53,409 nt of DNA from a bacterium. Its GTDB lineage: Bacteria; DUMJ01. The translations under genes were made by a program, and so were the position numbers. Numbering within the stretch: position 1 is the first letter of the stretch; each line of letters starts with the position of its first letter. Of the stretch, positions 28,235 through 42,658 are shown in pieces. Below the pieces are notes generated by a model. It worked only from the letters and a program-made list of their open reading frames with translations, was not told the DNA's origin and did not search any database. Location: assembly GCA_014360335.1 (NCBI GenBank), contig JACIXS010000123.1, positions 1 through 53,409 on the forward strand. Reading direction: 5' to 3'.

Positions 28235-29139
28235 GAGTAGTATTCTTCGGAACCCCAGAATTTTCTATACCATCCTTAGAAAGACTAAAGGATAAGATAT
28301 CCCTAGTTATAACTAAACCTGATAAACCTCAAGGTAGAGGTCTAAAATTAACGCCTACACCAGTCAAGTTAAAAGCGCAAGAGTTAGGTATACCTGTTCT
28401 TTCTCCAGAAAAGTTAAACGAGGTAAAAGATAAGCTTCTTGGTTTTGACCTTGGTGTAGTGGTTGCTTATGGACTTATTATTCCCAAGAGAATAATAGAG
28501 TTATTTCCAAAGGGAGTTATAAACCTTCATCCCTCCCTTCTTCCTAAGTATAGAGGACCTGCTCCTATACAGTGGGCAATACTAAATGGGGAAGAAGAGA
28601 CAGGGGTAAGTATCATATATCTTACTGAAGAATTGGATGCTGGAGACATCATCTTACAAGAAAAGGTTAAGATTCTCCCTGAAGATACTGCAGAAACTCT
28701 CTCTGCTAGATTGAGTATTATTGGTGCAGAGGCATTGGAAGAGGCTGTAAGATTAATAGAGATAGATAATGTAAATCCTATGCGTCAAGAAGTATTAGGA
28801 CTATCGACTTATGCTCCTAAGATTGAACCAGAGATGGGTGAGATAGACTGGAATGCTAAGAGTAGAGATATTATAAACAAAATTCGTGCCTTTATCCCCT
28901 GGCCTAAGGCATACTTCTATAGAGGTAGTATAAAGGTTGACGTCCTAGAGGCAGAAGCATCTTCTATAAAAGGAGAGCCCGGAAAGGTTATAGAGATAGG
29001 AGAAAAAGGGATATTAGTTGGTTCTCAAGATGGAGGCATATGGTTAAAAAAGGTTCAGCCTGAGAGTAGAAAAGCTATTAGTGGACTTGATTTTGCCAAC
29101 GGCTATAGGCTAAAGATAGGGGAAATATTAACTAAATGA
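28228..29139 (+). CDS. fmt: Methionyl-tRNA formyltransferase (probable non-canonical ATT start)
   Basis: The conserved N-terminus LRVVFFGTPEF...VITKPDKPQGRG lies in frame upstream of the ORF-track start (28459); VVAYG, INLHPSLLPKYRGPAP, LDAGDI. Start position is uncertain. Confidence 0.9.
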   Translation: MLRVVFFGTPEFSIPSLERLKDKISLVITKPDKPQGRGLKLTPTPVKLKAQELGIPVLSPEKLNEVKDKLLGFDLGVVVAYGLIIPKRIIELFPKGVINLHPSLLPKYRGPAPIQWAILNGEEETGVSIIYLTEELDAGDIILQEKVKILPEDTAETLSARLSIIGAEALEEAVRLIEIDNVNPMRQEVLGLSTYAPKIEPEMGEIDWNAKSRDIINKIRAFIPWPKAYFYRGSIKVDVLEAEASSIKGEPGKVIEIGEKGILVGSQDGGIWLKKVQPESRKAISGLDFANGYRLKIGEILTK

Positions 29140-30398
29140 GCGATATCTTAAAAGCCAAAGAGCTAGCTTACAGAATCCTTACATTAGTAGAGGAGAAAAA
29201 TCTCTATGCTAATGCATTAATGCGAGAAAAGCTGAATAATATACAAAATCAGTATCATTCTCTTATAACAGATATTGTGTATGGGGTCCTAAGGAGAAGA
29301 AATACATTGGATTGGTACGTATCAAACTTTATAAGGTTAAATAGGTTAGATATGAGGCTACTCAATATCCTTCGAATAGGGACCTATCAACTTCTATACC
29401 ACAGTATCCCTATGCCACTTGTGGTAAATGAAGCGGTAGAAATGGCGAAAAATCTGGTAAGTAGAAAGGCTGGAGGTTTGGTAAATGCGGTTTTAAGAAA
29501 AATAGCAACTGTCGATATAAAGCCTACAGAAAGATCAATCCTCTATTCCCACCCTAGTTGGCTGATAGATAAGTGGGAGAGAGAAATTGGAGAAGAGGAG
29601 ACTAAAAAGTTATGCGAGAGAAATAATAATCCTATGTCTCTTAGCTTTCGTATAAACATCCTAAAGACAAGCATAATTGATGTAGAAAATACCCTTTCTA
29701 AAAATGGAATAGCTATTGAAAGAGGTAAGTTTAGTAAGAATTGTCTTGTTTTGAAGGAAGGAAATTTAGATCTGATTTTAGGTTTAGAGGAAGAGGGTAA
29801 AATCTTTATACAGGCAGAACCATCTATGGTTGTGGTAGAAATGCTAGACCCTAAACCTGGGATGAGAATTCTAGATGGATGCTCTGGTGTTGGAGGTAAA
29901 ACTACATATATAGGAGAGCTTATGAGAAATGAAGGGGAGATTTTAGCGGTGGATAGAGCCAGAGTCAAATTAGATCTTCTTAGAAAAATGGCTGATAAAA
30001 GGGGTATATCTATAATCAAATATATAGAAAGTCCAATAGAGAATCTAAGACCTGAAGATATTGGGTATTTTGATAGGGTATTATTGGATGTCCCTTGTTC
30101 TGGTTTGGGCACCCTTTCCCGTAGGCCTGAGATAAAGTGGAGACTGAAACCAAAAGATATCACTAAATTGGCTAAAATACAGAAAAGTATACTTGATAAT
30201 GGTTCTAGATTCTTAAAGCCTGACGGAATTCTAGTCTATAGTGCATGCACAATCTCTAGGGAAGAGACTTATGATATAATAGAATCGTTTATAAATAATA
30301 ATAGAGATTTCCGTATAGTAGAAGAGAGACAGTTCCTTCCCCACATAGATGATGTGGAGGGTTTTTATATAGCAAAACTTCAAAAAGGATATGCGTAG
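29136..30398 (+). CDS. rsmB: 16S rRNA m5C967 methyltransferase RsmB
   Basis: NusB-like N-terminus (VNEAVE, VNAVLR), YSHPSWL, LDGCSG.GGKT, LDVPCSG.G, LVYSACT. Confidence 0.93.
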   Translation: MSDILKAKELAYRILTLVEEKNLYANALMREKLNNIQNQYHSLITDIVYGVLRRRNTLDWYVSNFIRLNRLDMRLLNILRIGTYQLLYHSIPMPLVVNEAVEMAKNLVSRKAGGLVNAVLRKIATVDIKPTERSILYSHPSWLIDKWEREIGEEETKKLCERNNNPMSLSFRINILKTSIIDVENTLSKNGIAIERGKFSKNCLVLKEGNLDLILGLEEEGKIFIQAEPSMVVVEMLDPKPGMRILDGCSGVGGKTTYIGELMRNEGEILAVDRARVKLDLLRKMADKRGISIIKYIESPIENLRPEDIGYFDRVLLDVPCSGLGTLSRRPEIKWRLKPKDITKLAKIQKSILDNGSRFLKPDGILVYSACTISREETYDIIESFINNNRDFRIVEERQFLPHIDDVEGFYIAKLQKGYA

Positions 30399-31410
30399 CA
30401 TACTTGGGATAAAGAGTGAAGAGTTAAGAGATATTATTGTAAAAGAGGGATACGAACCATATAGGGTTCGCCAAATATTAGAATGGATATATGAGAAGGC
30501 GGTATTAGACTTCTACTCAATGAGTAATCTTCCAAAAGAATTACGTAACTTTCTTTCCGGTAATTTTTCTATATTACCATTTGACCTTCTAACTTATGCT
30601 CAAGATGAAGAAACGATAAAGTTTCTCTTTAAGACTGAAGATGGTCTTACATTTGAGTCAGTCTTAATATTCCATCATAATAGAAGGACACTTTGCCTTT
30701 CTTCTCAGATAGGATGTCCTATACAGTGTAGATTCTGCGCAACTGGAGAATCGTTCTATAGGAATCTGACGTATGAAGAGATAATAGGTCAATATATCTT
30801 TGCTAAGAGTTACATAAAGAAGGATATTCGCAGTATAGTATTTATGGGGATGGGAGAGCCATTTTTAAATGAAGAAAATGTCTATAGAGTAATCGATACC
30901 CTTACAGAGGAAATAAAGATATCTCCTAGACATATAACAATCTCTACATCAGGAATACCTCAGGGAATAGTAAATCTTGCCTATAGAAATCCTAAGGTTA
31001 GACTGGCTTTTTCTATATGGACTCCAGACGAAGATAAGAGAAAGATATTAGTTCCGCTGGCAAGTAGATATAAGTTAAATGATATTTTAAAAAGTTTAAG
31101 AGAGTATGTGGATATAACTGGAAATAGAATCTCAGTTGAATATACATTGCTTAAAGGTATCAATGATAGTAATAATGATGCTTATAAACTTGTAAGGCTT
31201 TTCTCAGATATCCCGGTATTTTTCAATGTAATACTATACAATCCTAAGGACGAATCTACCACAATCTACAGAACATCTGTAGAAGAGGCACAAAAGTTTG
31301 TTGAGTTTTTAAGAAACCTGGGGAAAGAGGCGCATTTAAGGATAAGTAAGGGGTTAAAAATTTCTGGAGCTTGTGGTCAATTGAGGGGTGCATATGAGAG
31401 AGTTAAGTGA
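30391..31410 (+). CDS. rlmN: Radical SAM rRNA/tRNA m2A methyltransferase RlmN
   Basis: CLSSQIGCPIQCRFCATG, FMGMGEP, TISTSG, GACGQL. Confidence 0.93.
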   Translation: MRSILGIKSEELRDIIVKEGYEPYRVRQILEWIYEKAVLDFYSMSNLPKELRNFLSGNFSILPFDLLTYAQDEETIKFLFKTEDGLTFESVLIFHHNRRTLCLSSQIGCPIQCRFCATGESFYRNLTYEEIIGQYIFAKSYIKKDIRSIVFMGMGEPFLNEENVYRVIDTLTEEIKISPRHITISTSGIPQGIVNLAYRNPKVRLAFSIWTPDEDKRKILVPLASRYKLNDILKSLREYVDITGNRISVEYTLLKGINDSNNDAYKLVRLFSDIPVFFNVILYNPKDESTTIYRTSVEEAQKFVEFLRNLGKEAHLRISKGLKISGACGQLRGAYERVK

Positions 31411-32878
31411 AAGATTTATCATTCTTGAAGAATCTAAAGGAGATAGATTTAGAGTTTATGACAAACTACTTATGAGATTTGTCTCTCTAAGACAGGTAAA
31501 GTCTAGTCTTAGTTTAGGGAAAGTTATAGCTATACTAGATAGACTTATGAATCTAGATAACGAATTTTTAAAGATTGTAGGCTATCAGGCGTTAGATAGT
31601 GGAGCGGTTTATGTTATAGAGGATTTACCACCACAGGAGATTGTAGATTTAAGAAGTGATGTAAGAGAATTACTACAAGTCACAAGATATATAGGTCAAA
31701 TGTTTGAGTATCTCAACAGTCGAGGTCTAAGGGTAAAATTACCTGAAGAGGACAAGATATACAGAGACGATAAGGGTAAATATTTTATATCTCCGATCGA
31801 CCTGATAGATATAAATAATCCAGATAAGGTACAGAGCAAAGAGGAATTATTAGATATGTTAGCAACATTCTTTATCTCTTTTGCCCCTAAGTCTTTAAAG
31901 GATATCTTGTCTTCACTGATAGAGAGAAACATAATACATAAACTTGATAATGCCGATGCCCTGGTTAATATGCTAAATACGTTTATACTTCAGGAGGAAA
32001 GAATGAAGCCGAAGCCAGAAGGTAAAAAAATAGATGTTGAATTTAGGCGGGAGAAGAAAAGAATAAGTCCTTGGGTTATTATTATACCAATCTTAGTTGT
32101 CTTATCAGGAGTTAGTGTGTGGATGTTATATTCAATAGGAGAGAGACTTCTCTTCTCGAATGGATCAATTCCCGATGCTATTGTTCCTGATATAGTAAAT
32201 AGGTCTCTTACCGAGGCTTACGGAATACTAAAGACCTCAGGACTTAGTATAGAAATTTCTGGGTTAGAGTATAGTAGTGCTATCCCTTCTGGGAATATAA
32301 TCTCTCAGGAGCCTATAGGTGGGTCAAAGGTAAAACAGGGAAGAAGTGTAAAGGTAATTGTTAGTAAAGGGATTGAACTTATCAATGTGCCTAATGTTGT
32401 TGGACAAGACCTAAATAATGCTAGAAGGATCTTAGAATCGGTAGGTTTAAAGATAGGAGACATAAGAGAAACACCAAGTAGGACCTATCCTGATGGTATA
32501 GTGATCTCTCAGAATCCAAAATACGGTAGTATCACAAGTAAAAATTCTCTAGTAGCTATAGAAATATCAAGGCATCTACAGAGTAATATGCCTAGATTAG
32601 TAGGTAAGCCTTTTGAAGACGTCGAAAGGATATTAAAACCCCTAGGCCCTTATATACTTATAGTCAAAGAAGAAGAAAGTGATACTCCTGGAGTTGTTAT
32701 ATCTCAATCTCCATCAACCAATACCACATTACTACAAGAGATTCCCAGGATAGAGATTGTAGTAGGGATTCCAAAGAAGGTAACTCCTCAGCCTGAAGTT
32801 ACCCCTCCTCAGGTTCCACTAGAAACTCCTATACAGGAAGAGACTCCTACTAATACTGAGACATCTCCGCCCGAATAA
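31394..32878 (+). CDS. PknB/PrkC-like membrane protein with PASTA repeats and a degenerate kinase domain
   Basis: Single TM, about three PASTA repeats (VPDIV, VPNVVG, MPRLVG; IISQ.P), Pro/Thr-rich tail; kinase-like start RFIILE...VYDKLLMRFVSLR; occupies the prkC position after rlmN. Confidence 0.8.
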   Translation: MRELSERFIILEESKGDRFRVYDKLLMRFVSLRQVKSSLSLGKVIAILDRLMNLDNEFLKIVGYQALDSGAVYVIEDLPPQEIVDLRSDVRELLQVTRYIGQMFEYLNSRGLRVKLPEEDKIYRDDKGKYFISPIDLIDINNPDKVQSKEELLDMLATFFISFAPKSLKDILSSLIERNIIHKLDNADALVNMLNTFILQEERMKPKPEGKKIDVEFRREKKRISPWVIIIPILVVLSGVSVWMLYSIGERLLFSNGSIPDAIVPDIVNRSLTEAYGILKTSGLSIEISGLEYSSAIPSGNIISQEPIGGSKVKQGRSVKVIVSKGIELINVPNVVGQDLNNARRILESVGLKIGDIRETPSRTYPDGIVISQNPKYGSITSKNSLVAIEISRHLQSNMPRLVGKPFEDVERILKPLGPYILIVKEEESDTPGVVISQSPSTNTTLLQEIPRIEIVVGIPKKVTPQPEVTPPQVPLETPIQEETPTNTETSPPE

Positions 32879-32882
32879 ACCG

Positions 32883-33707
32883 ATGAGAACGTTAAATACG
32901 ATACTTATAAGCGATTATATAGAGAGACTCTGTAGAGAGATAAATTATAAATTGGATAAGAGGGTATTATCCTTGATTGAGGAATCAGCCAAAAGAGAGT
33001 CTTCTAATATAGGACGGGAAGTTTTTTCTCAGATGTTAGCTAGCTATAAAATGGCAGAAGAAGATAGAACTCCTTTATGCCAGGATACTGGAATGGTCTC
33101 GGTATTCCTAGATATAGGGCAAGAGGTATTACTGGAGGGAATACCGATAGAAGAAGCGATAAATATAGGGGTAAGGAGAGCCTATACAAGTTCATTTTTT
33201 AGAAACTCTATAGTAAGGGACCCTATAGGTAAAAGAGAGAATACGATGGACAACACCCCATGCATTATACATACAAAACTTAGCAAAGGAGAAAGGGTTA
33301 AGATTGACATTTTGATAAAGGGTTTTGGAAGCGAAAATGCTACAGCTCTAAAGATGTTTCCACCCACTGCGACCAGAAAGGATATAGAGAATTTTTTACT
33401 AGAATTAGTAAGAGAAAAAGGAATTAATGCCTGTCCGCCACTCTTTATTGGGATTGGGATAGGTGGAACTGCAGATTATGCCCTAAAGCTTTCCAAAGAG
33501 GCGCTCCTAGACCTTCAACCAATGGATGAGTGGGAGACTCATCTTCTAGAGAGAGTAAATAGCCTAGGTATAGGACCTGCAGGGCTTGGTGGAGATATAA
33601 CTGCAGTTTATTTAAAAATAAAGACATTTCCTACGCATATAGCTGGTTTACCAGTAGCTATAAATATTAACTGTCATATACTTAGAAAAGGGAGTGTAAT
33701 AATTTAA
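32883..33707 (+). CDS. Class I fumarate hydratase / tartrate dehydratase, alpha subunit
   Basis: PLCQDTG, KGFGSEN, ACPP, GIGPAGLGG, PTHIAGLPVA.N.NCH. Confidence 0.92.
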   Translation: MRTLNTILISDYIERLCREINYKLDKRVLSLIEESAKRESSNIGREVFSQMLASYKMAEEDRTPLCQDTGMVSVFLDIGQEVLLEGIPIEEAINIGVRRAYTSSFFRNSIVRDPIGKRENTMDNTPCIIHTKLSKGERVKIDILIKGFGSENATALKMFPPTATRKDIENFLLELVREKGINACPPLFIGIGIGGTADYALKLSKEALLDLQPMDEWETHLLERVNSLGIGPAGLGGDITAVYLKIKTFPTHIAGLPVAININCHILRKGSVII

Positions 33708-33712
33708 AAGTT

Positions 33713-35971
<2,259 letters not shown>

Positions 35972-36166
35972 GAAGCCATATGCTGTATGGAAGTTTATAG
36001 GCCTAGCATTTTCTTTAGGATTTACCATAGTAGCTTCTATTGCTGTGGGATTATATATTGGAAGTTATCTAGATAAGAAACTCCTCACTGGTTATTCATT
36101 TAGGGTTCTTCTTATGTTTTTAGGAGCCTTTACTGGTCTAAGAAGCATATACAGGCAGTATAAGAA

Positions 36167-36523
36167 ATGACTAAGCCTCTAATCTATATTTTCAAAATCT
36201 ATATCTTGATTCTAATCTTATCTGGGACTGTAATATTAGTTAAGCTAGGTAGACACTACATTTTGGGTCTCCTATTAGGATCCTTTCTAGTCCTACTAGA
36301 TATTCTCCTTCTATCGGTAAGCTTTAGGGAGCAGAACTTAACCTATTCTAAAGCTATAATATATACACTTCTTAGGATTTTACTCCTAGGCTTAGTTGTA
36401 CTGCTAATGTTCATTTGTGGTATAATTAATAAGTTAAATATTATTGGATTATTTATAGCGTTACTGCTATATCCTTTAGCCTTGGTTATAGGAGGAGTTA
36501 GGATTTTAAAATGGAAGAGATAG
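36167..36523 (+). CDS. atpI: ATP synthase protein I-like four-TM protein
   Basis: 118 aa hydrophobic protein with a conserved-position Arg (LLRI), immediately before atpB. Confidence 0.7.
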   Translation: MTKPLIYIFKIYILILILSGTVILVKLGRHYILGLLLGSFLVLLDILLLSVSFREQNLTYSKAIIYTLLRILLLGLVVLLMFICGIINKLNIIGLFIALLLYPLALVIGGVRILKWKR

Positions 36524-37167
36524 CGCCGAGAGTTGTATTTAGTATATTTGGAATACCGGTAACAGATTCTGTTACCACTACATGGATAGTAATGTTATTT
36601 ATATTATTCTTAGGTTGGGTTCTCTCTAGGAGCCTATCTGAACGCCCGTCTAAAATTCAGTCGATATTAGAGAGTATTATAGAATTCTATGAGAATATAG
36701 CGGTTCAGATAATGGGAGAAGAGGGTAAACAGTTCGTTCCTTTGGCTGTATCCATAGGTTTGTTTATTCTGTTTTCTAATTGGATAGAGATAATACCAGG
36801 TTTTAATGCCCCAACAAGAGACCTAAGTACAACTATAGCGCTGGCTATAGTTGCAGTTTCTTCTACATATGTAGCTGGTATCAAGAGAAAGGGATTGAGA
36901 TACTTTAAAAAGTATATAGAGCCAAATCCAATCTTTTTACCCATAAATATTCTTGAAGAATTAGTAAGACCTATCTCTCTTAGCTTCCGTCTATTCGGTA
37001 ACATCTTAGGAGAAGAGATAGTTATAGCTATATTAGTAATGATAGTTCCTCTGATTTTACCTATTCCTATGATACTCTTAGGATTATTTACTGGACTGAT
37101 TCAGGCATTTATCTTTTCCCTTTTAACCCTTTTATACATAGCTGGTGCTATAGGTGAAGAAGTTTAA
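36511..37167 (+). CDS. atpB: F0 subunit a
   Basis: PTRDLSTT, RPISLSFRLFGN (essential Arg), IQAFIF..LT..YI. Confidence 0.95.
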   Translation: MEEIAPRVVFSIFGIPVTDSVTTTWIVMLFILFLGWVLSRSLSERPSKIQSILESIIEFYENIAVQIMGEEGKQFVPLAVSIGLFILFSNWIEIIPGFNAPTRDLSTTIALAIVAVSSTYVAGIKRKGLRYFKKYIEPNPIFLPINILEELVRPISLSFRLFGNILGEEIVIAILVMIVPLILPIPMILLGLFTGLIQAFIFSLLTLLYIAGAIGEEV

Positions 37168-37188
37168 AATTGGAGGTGAAGAATATCT

Positions 37189-37452
37189 ATGTTAACTAGT
37201 AAAGCCTTGGTAATCATAGCATCTGTCATATCGGCTGGATTTGGTATGGGTATAGCGGTATTGGGGGGAGCATTAGGTGAGGGAAATGCTGTTTCCAAAG
37301 CTATGGAGTCTCTAGGGAGACAACCAGAAGCCCAGAGTTCTATTATGACGGTGCTACTATTGGGTCTTGCCTTTATAGAATCATTAGTAATATTTATGTT
37401 AGTCGTGGCACTTGTTCTAATCTTTGTGAATCCTTTTGTAGGGATGGTCTAG
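37189..37452 (+). CDS. atpE: F0 subunit c
   Basis: G-rich helix, RQPE loop, carboxylate in FIES, C-terminal NPF. Confidence 0.95.
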   Translation: MLTSKALVIIASVISAGFGMGIAVLGGALGEGNAVSKAMESLGRQPEAQSSIMTVLLLGLAFIESLVIFMLVVALVLIFVNPFVGMV

Positions 37453-37455
37453 TGT

Positions 37456-37947
37456 ATGATAAGGTTTAGCTTTCCTACTTTTATTTTTCAGACAATAAAT
37501 TTCCTAGTTACTTTATATTTGATATACAGGTTTGTTTATAAACCTCTAGCCAATTATATATCTAAGAGACAGGAGACCATTCATAACGAACTTGAGCAAG
37601 CTAGGATGGAAAGAGAGAAAGCAGAAGCTTTAAGGATAGAGTATGAAGAGAAATTAAAAGAGGCACAGAAAAGGGCAGAGAGCATTATAGAAGAGGCTAA
37701 GCGTCAAGCAGAATTAGAAAGAGCTCAGATATTGGATAGGGCAAATAGAGAGGCACAGGCACTTCTAACAAGGGCTCAGAATGAGCTCTTACTTGAAAGG
37801 AGACATGCTATAGAGAAATTTAAGGAAGAGATTGTAGGTCTAATAATGGATTTAACTGCGAAACTTATAATAACTGAATTGAATAATAAGGACGAACTTA
37901 AAGAGAAGATACTGGAAGAGTATTTGGAGAGGGTAAAGAGTAACTGA
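37456..37947 (+). CDS. atpF: F0 subunit b
   Basis: Q.INF...Y..YKPL....KR...I followed by a long coiled coil. Confidence 0.92.
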   Translation: MIRFSFPTFIFQTINFLVTLYLIYRFVYKPLANYISKRQETIHNELEQARMEREKAEALRIEYEEKLKEAQKRAESIIEEAKRQAELERAQILDRANREAQALLTRAQNELLLERRHAIEKFKEEIVGLIMDLTAKLIITELNNKDELKEKILEEYLERVKSN

Positions 37948-39991
37948 TGAGAGCAATATCTTCTTCTAATACTATAGAGCTTTTGAGTGAAGAATTACTT
38001 AGAGTAGCAGTAAGAGAGGATAGAGAGGATGAATATAAGGTAATATTTAGGGACTTTCTAGATGAAATTACCTACAATCCTAAATTAAGCCTTATCTGGT
38101 TAGATAAAGACAGAGAAAGCAAAAAGAGGTTTATCGGGGAGAATCTTTCTAGTTTTCCTAAAAGATTCCTAGATTTTATTTTTAAAGTTATAGAGCTTCA
38201 ATTAGAGGATTCCCTTTATAATATATACCTTAGATTCATCGAGCTCTTAGAGAGTAACCAGTATCTAAAGGTAAGGGTTGAGTTGCCATTTTCAATCTCT
38301 GAAGAAAAGATAAGAGAACTTGAGCAGTATATAGCCGAACATCTTGGGAAAGAAGTCATATGTTCTATTCATATAAATGATAAGCTTATAAATGGGATCA
38401 AGATAGATATAGAGGAAGAGATAATAGACCTTTCAGTGAAGTCTCAACTAGATACACTAAGAGAAAGCTTAGAAGGTATAGAGATAGGAGATTCCTTCTA
38501 TGATATACTTGCCAAAGTCAAAGAGAAATTGAGTTCTTTTTCTGTAAAGCCTTTAAGACTTTCTCTAGGTAGGGTGGAGAGTATAAGAGACTGTGTGGTA
38601 AGCGCTTCTGGATTGAGGAATGCCAAGTATGGTGAATTGGTTATATTTCCCAATAACATCTACGGTATGGTGATGAATCTAGAAGAAAATTCCACAGGAA
38701 TTATACTCCTAGGACCATCAGATAAGGTCTCCGTAGGAGATACTATAAGAGCTACAGGAAGGGTGTTAGAGGTTCCTGTAGGAGAGAGTCTTATAGGTAG
38801 AGTAATAGACCCTCTTGGTAGGCCATTAGATGGAGGTCCTCCTATTGAAACTGATAGGGCCAGAAAGATAGAGGCTCTTGCACCTACCGTAGTTGAGAGA
38901 GAGCCAGTGAACACTCCTCTACAGACAGGTCTAAAGATTATAGATGCATTGTTCCCTATAGGAAGAGGACAGAGAGAATTAATAATAGGTGATAAACAAA
39001 CAGGTAAGACAGCTATAGCTATTGACACTATTCTCAACCAGAAAAATGAAGGTGTCATATGCATATATGTAGCCATAGGTCAGAAGGCAACATCTGTAGC
39101 TGAGATAGTAAAGATATTAGAAGAAAGAGGGGCTATGGATTATACAATTATAGTTTCAGCCTTTGCCAGTGAACCAGCTTCTTTATTGTACATAGCTCCA
39201 TACGCAGGATGCGCTATTGGGGAAGAGTTTATGTATCAAGGTAAAGATGTCCTCATAATATATGATGACCTTTCAAAACATGCAAAGGCTTATAGAGAAA
39301 TATCTCTACTCTTGAGGCGTCCTCCAGGTAGAGAAGCCTATCCTGGAGACATATTTTATCTCCATTCAAGACTCCTAGAACGCTCAGCCAAACTAAACAG
39401 CTACCTTGGAGGGGGATCTCTTACCGCACTACCGATAGTAGAGACCCAACAAGGGGATATATCTGCCTATATCCCAACTAATCTTATCTCTATAACTGAT
39501 GGACAGATATATCTAGATGCGTCCCTCTTCCATGAGGGGATAAGACCTGCAGTAGATGTGGGTTTGTCTGTCTCTAGGGTAGGGGGAAATGCCCAGATTA
39601 AAGCTATGCGGCAGGTAGCTGGAAGGCTAAGATTGGACCTCGCTCAATTCCGTGAAGTAGAGGCATTTGCTCAGATATCTACAGATATAGACCCAGCTAC
39701 TAGAAGTTTATTAGAAAGAGGCAGTAGAATAAGGGAGATACTGAAACAGCCTCAGTATAGCCCTATGGATGTAATAGACCAGGTTATTATACTATTTACT
39801 GTAACTAGAGGATATATGGACGAGATAATGCTCGATGAGATAGTTCACTTTCAAGATGAGTTATTAAAATATATAGATAGAAATTATAAGCACCTAAAAG
39901 ATAAGATAAAGATAGAAGGATTGACAGATGAAAATACTAGAGAGCTTACAAAGGCTATATTTGAATTTAAAAGGACATTTAGTAGTGAATA

Positions 39992-39992
<1 letters not shown>
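37947..39992 (+). CDS. atpA: Fused F1 delta (AtpH) - alpha (AtpA) subunit
   Basis: First about 175 aa are delta-like ([11 protein letters not shown]....IID.SVK.QL..L), then alpha in the same frame ([42 protein letters not shown]). Confidence 0.9.
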
Positions 39993-42653
<2,661 letters not shown>

Positions 42654-42658
42654 AGAGG

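Noticed and set aside
28459-29139. fmt as a 5'-truncated pseudogene
   Set aside because: The missing N-terminal 76 codons are intact and in frame upstream; only the start codon is atypical.
29543-30163. 206 aa minus-strand ORF, and the many similar 60-190 aa antisense ORFs in the track
   Set aside because: Each lies opposite a well-supported gene, with S/I/P/L-biased composition and no recognisable motif.
32780-32875. Short repeated motifs (actcct, cctcag) at the end of the PASTA gene
   Set aside because: They encode an ordinary Pro/Thr/Glu-rich low-complexity tail.
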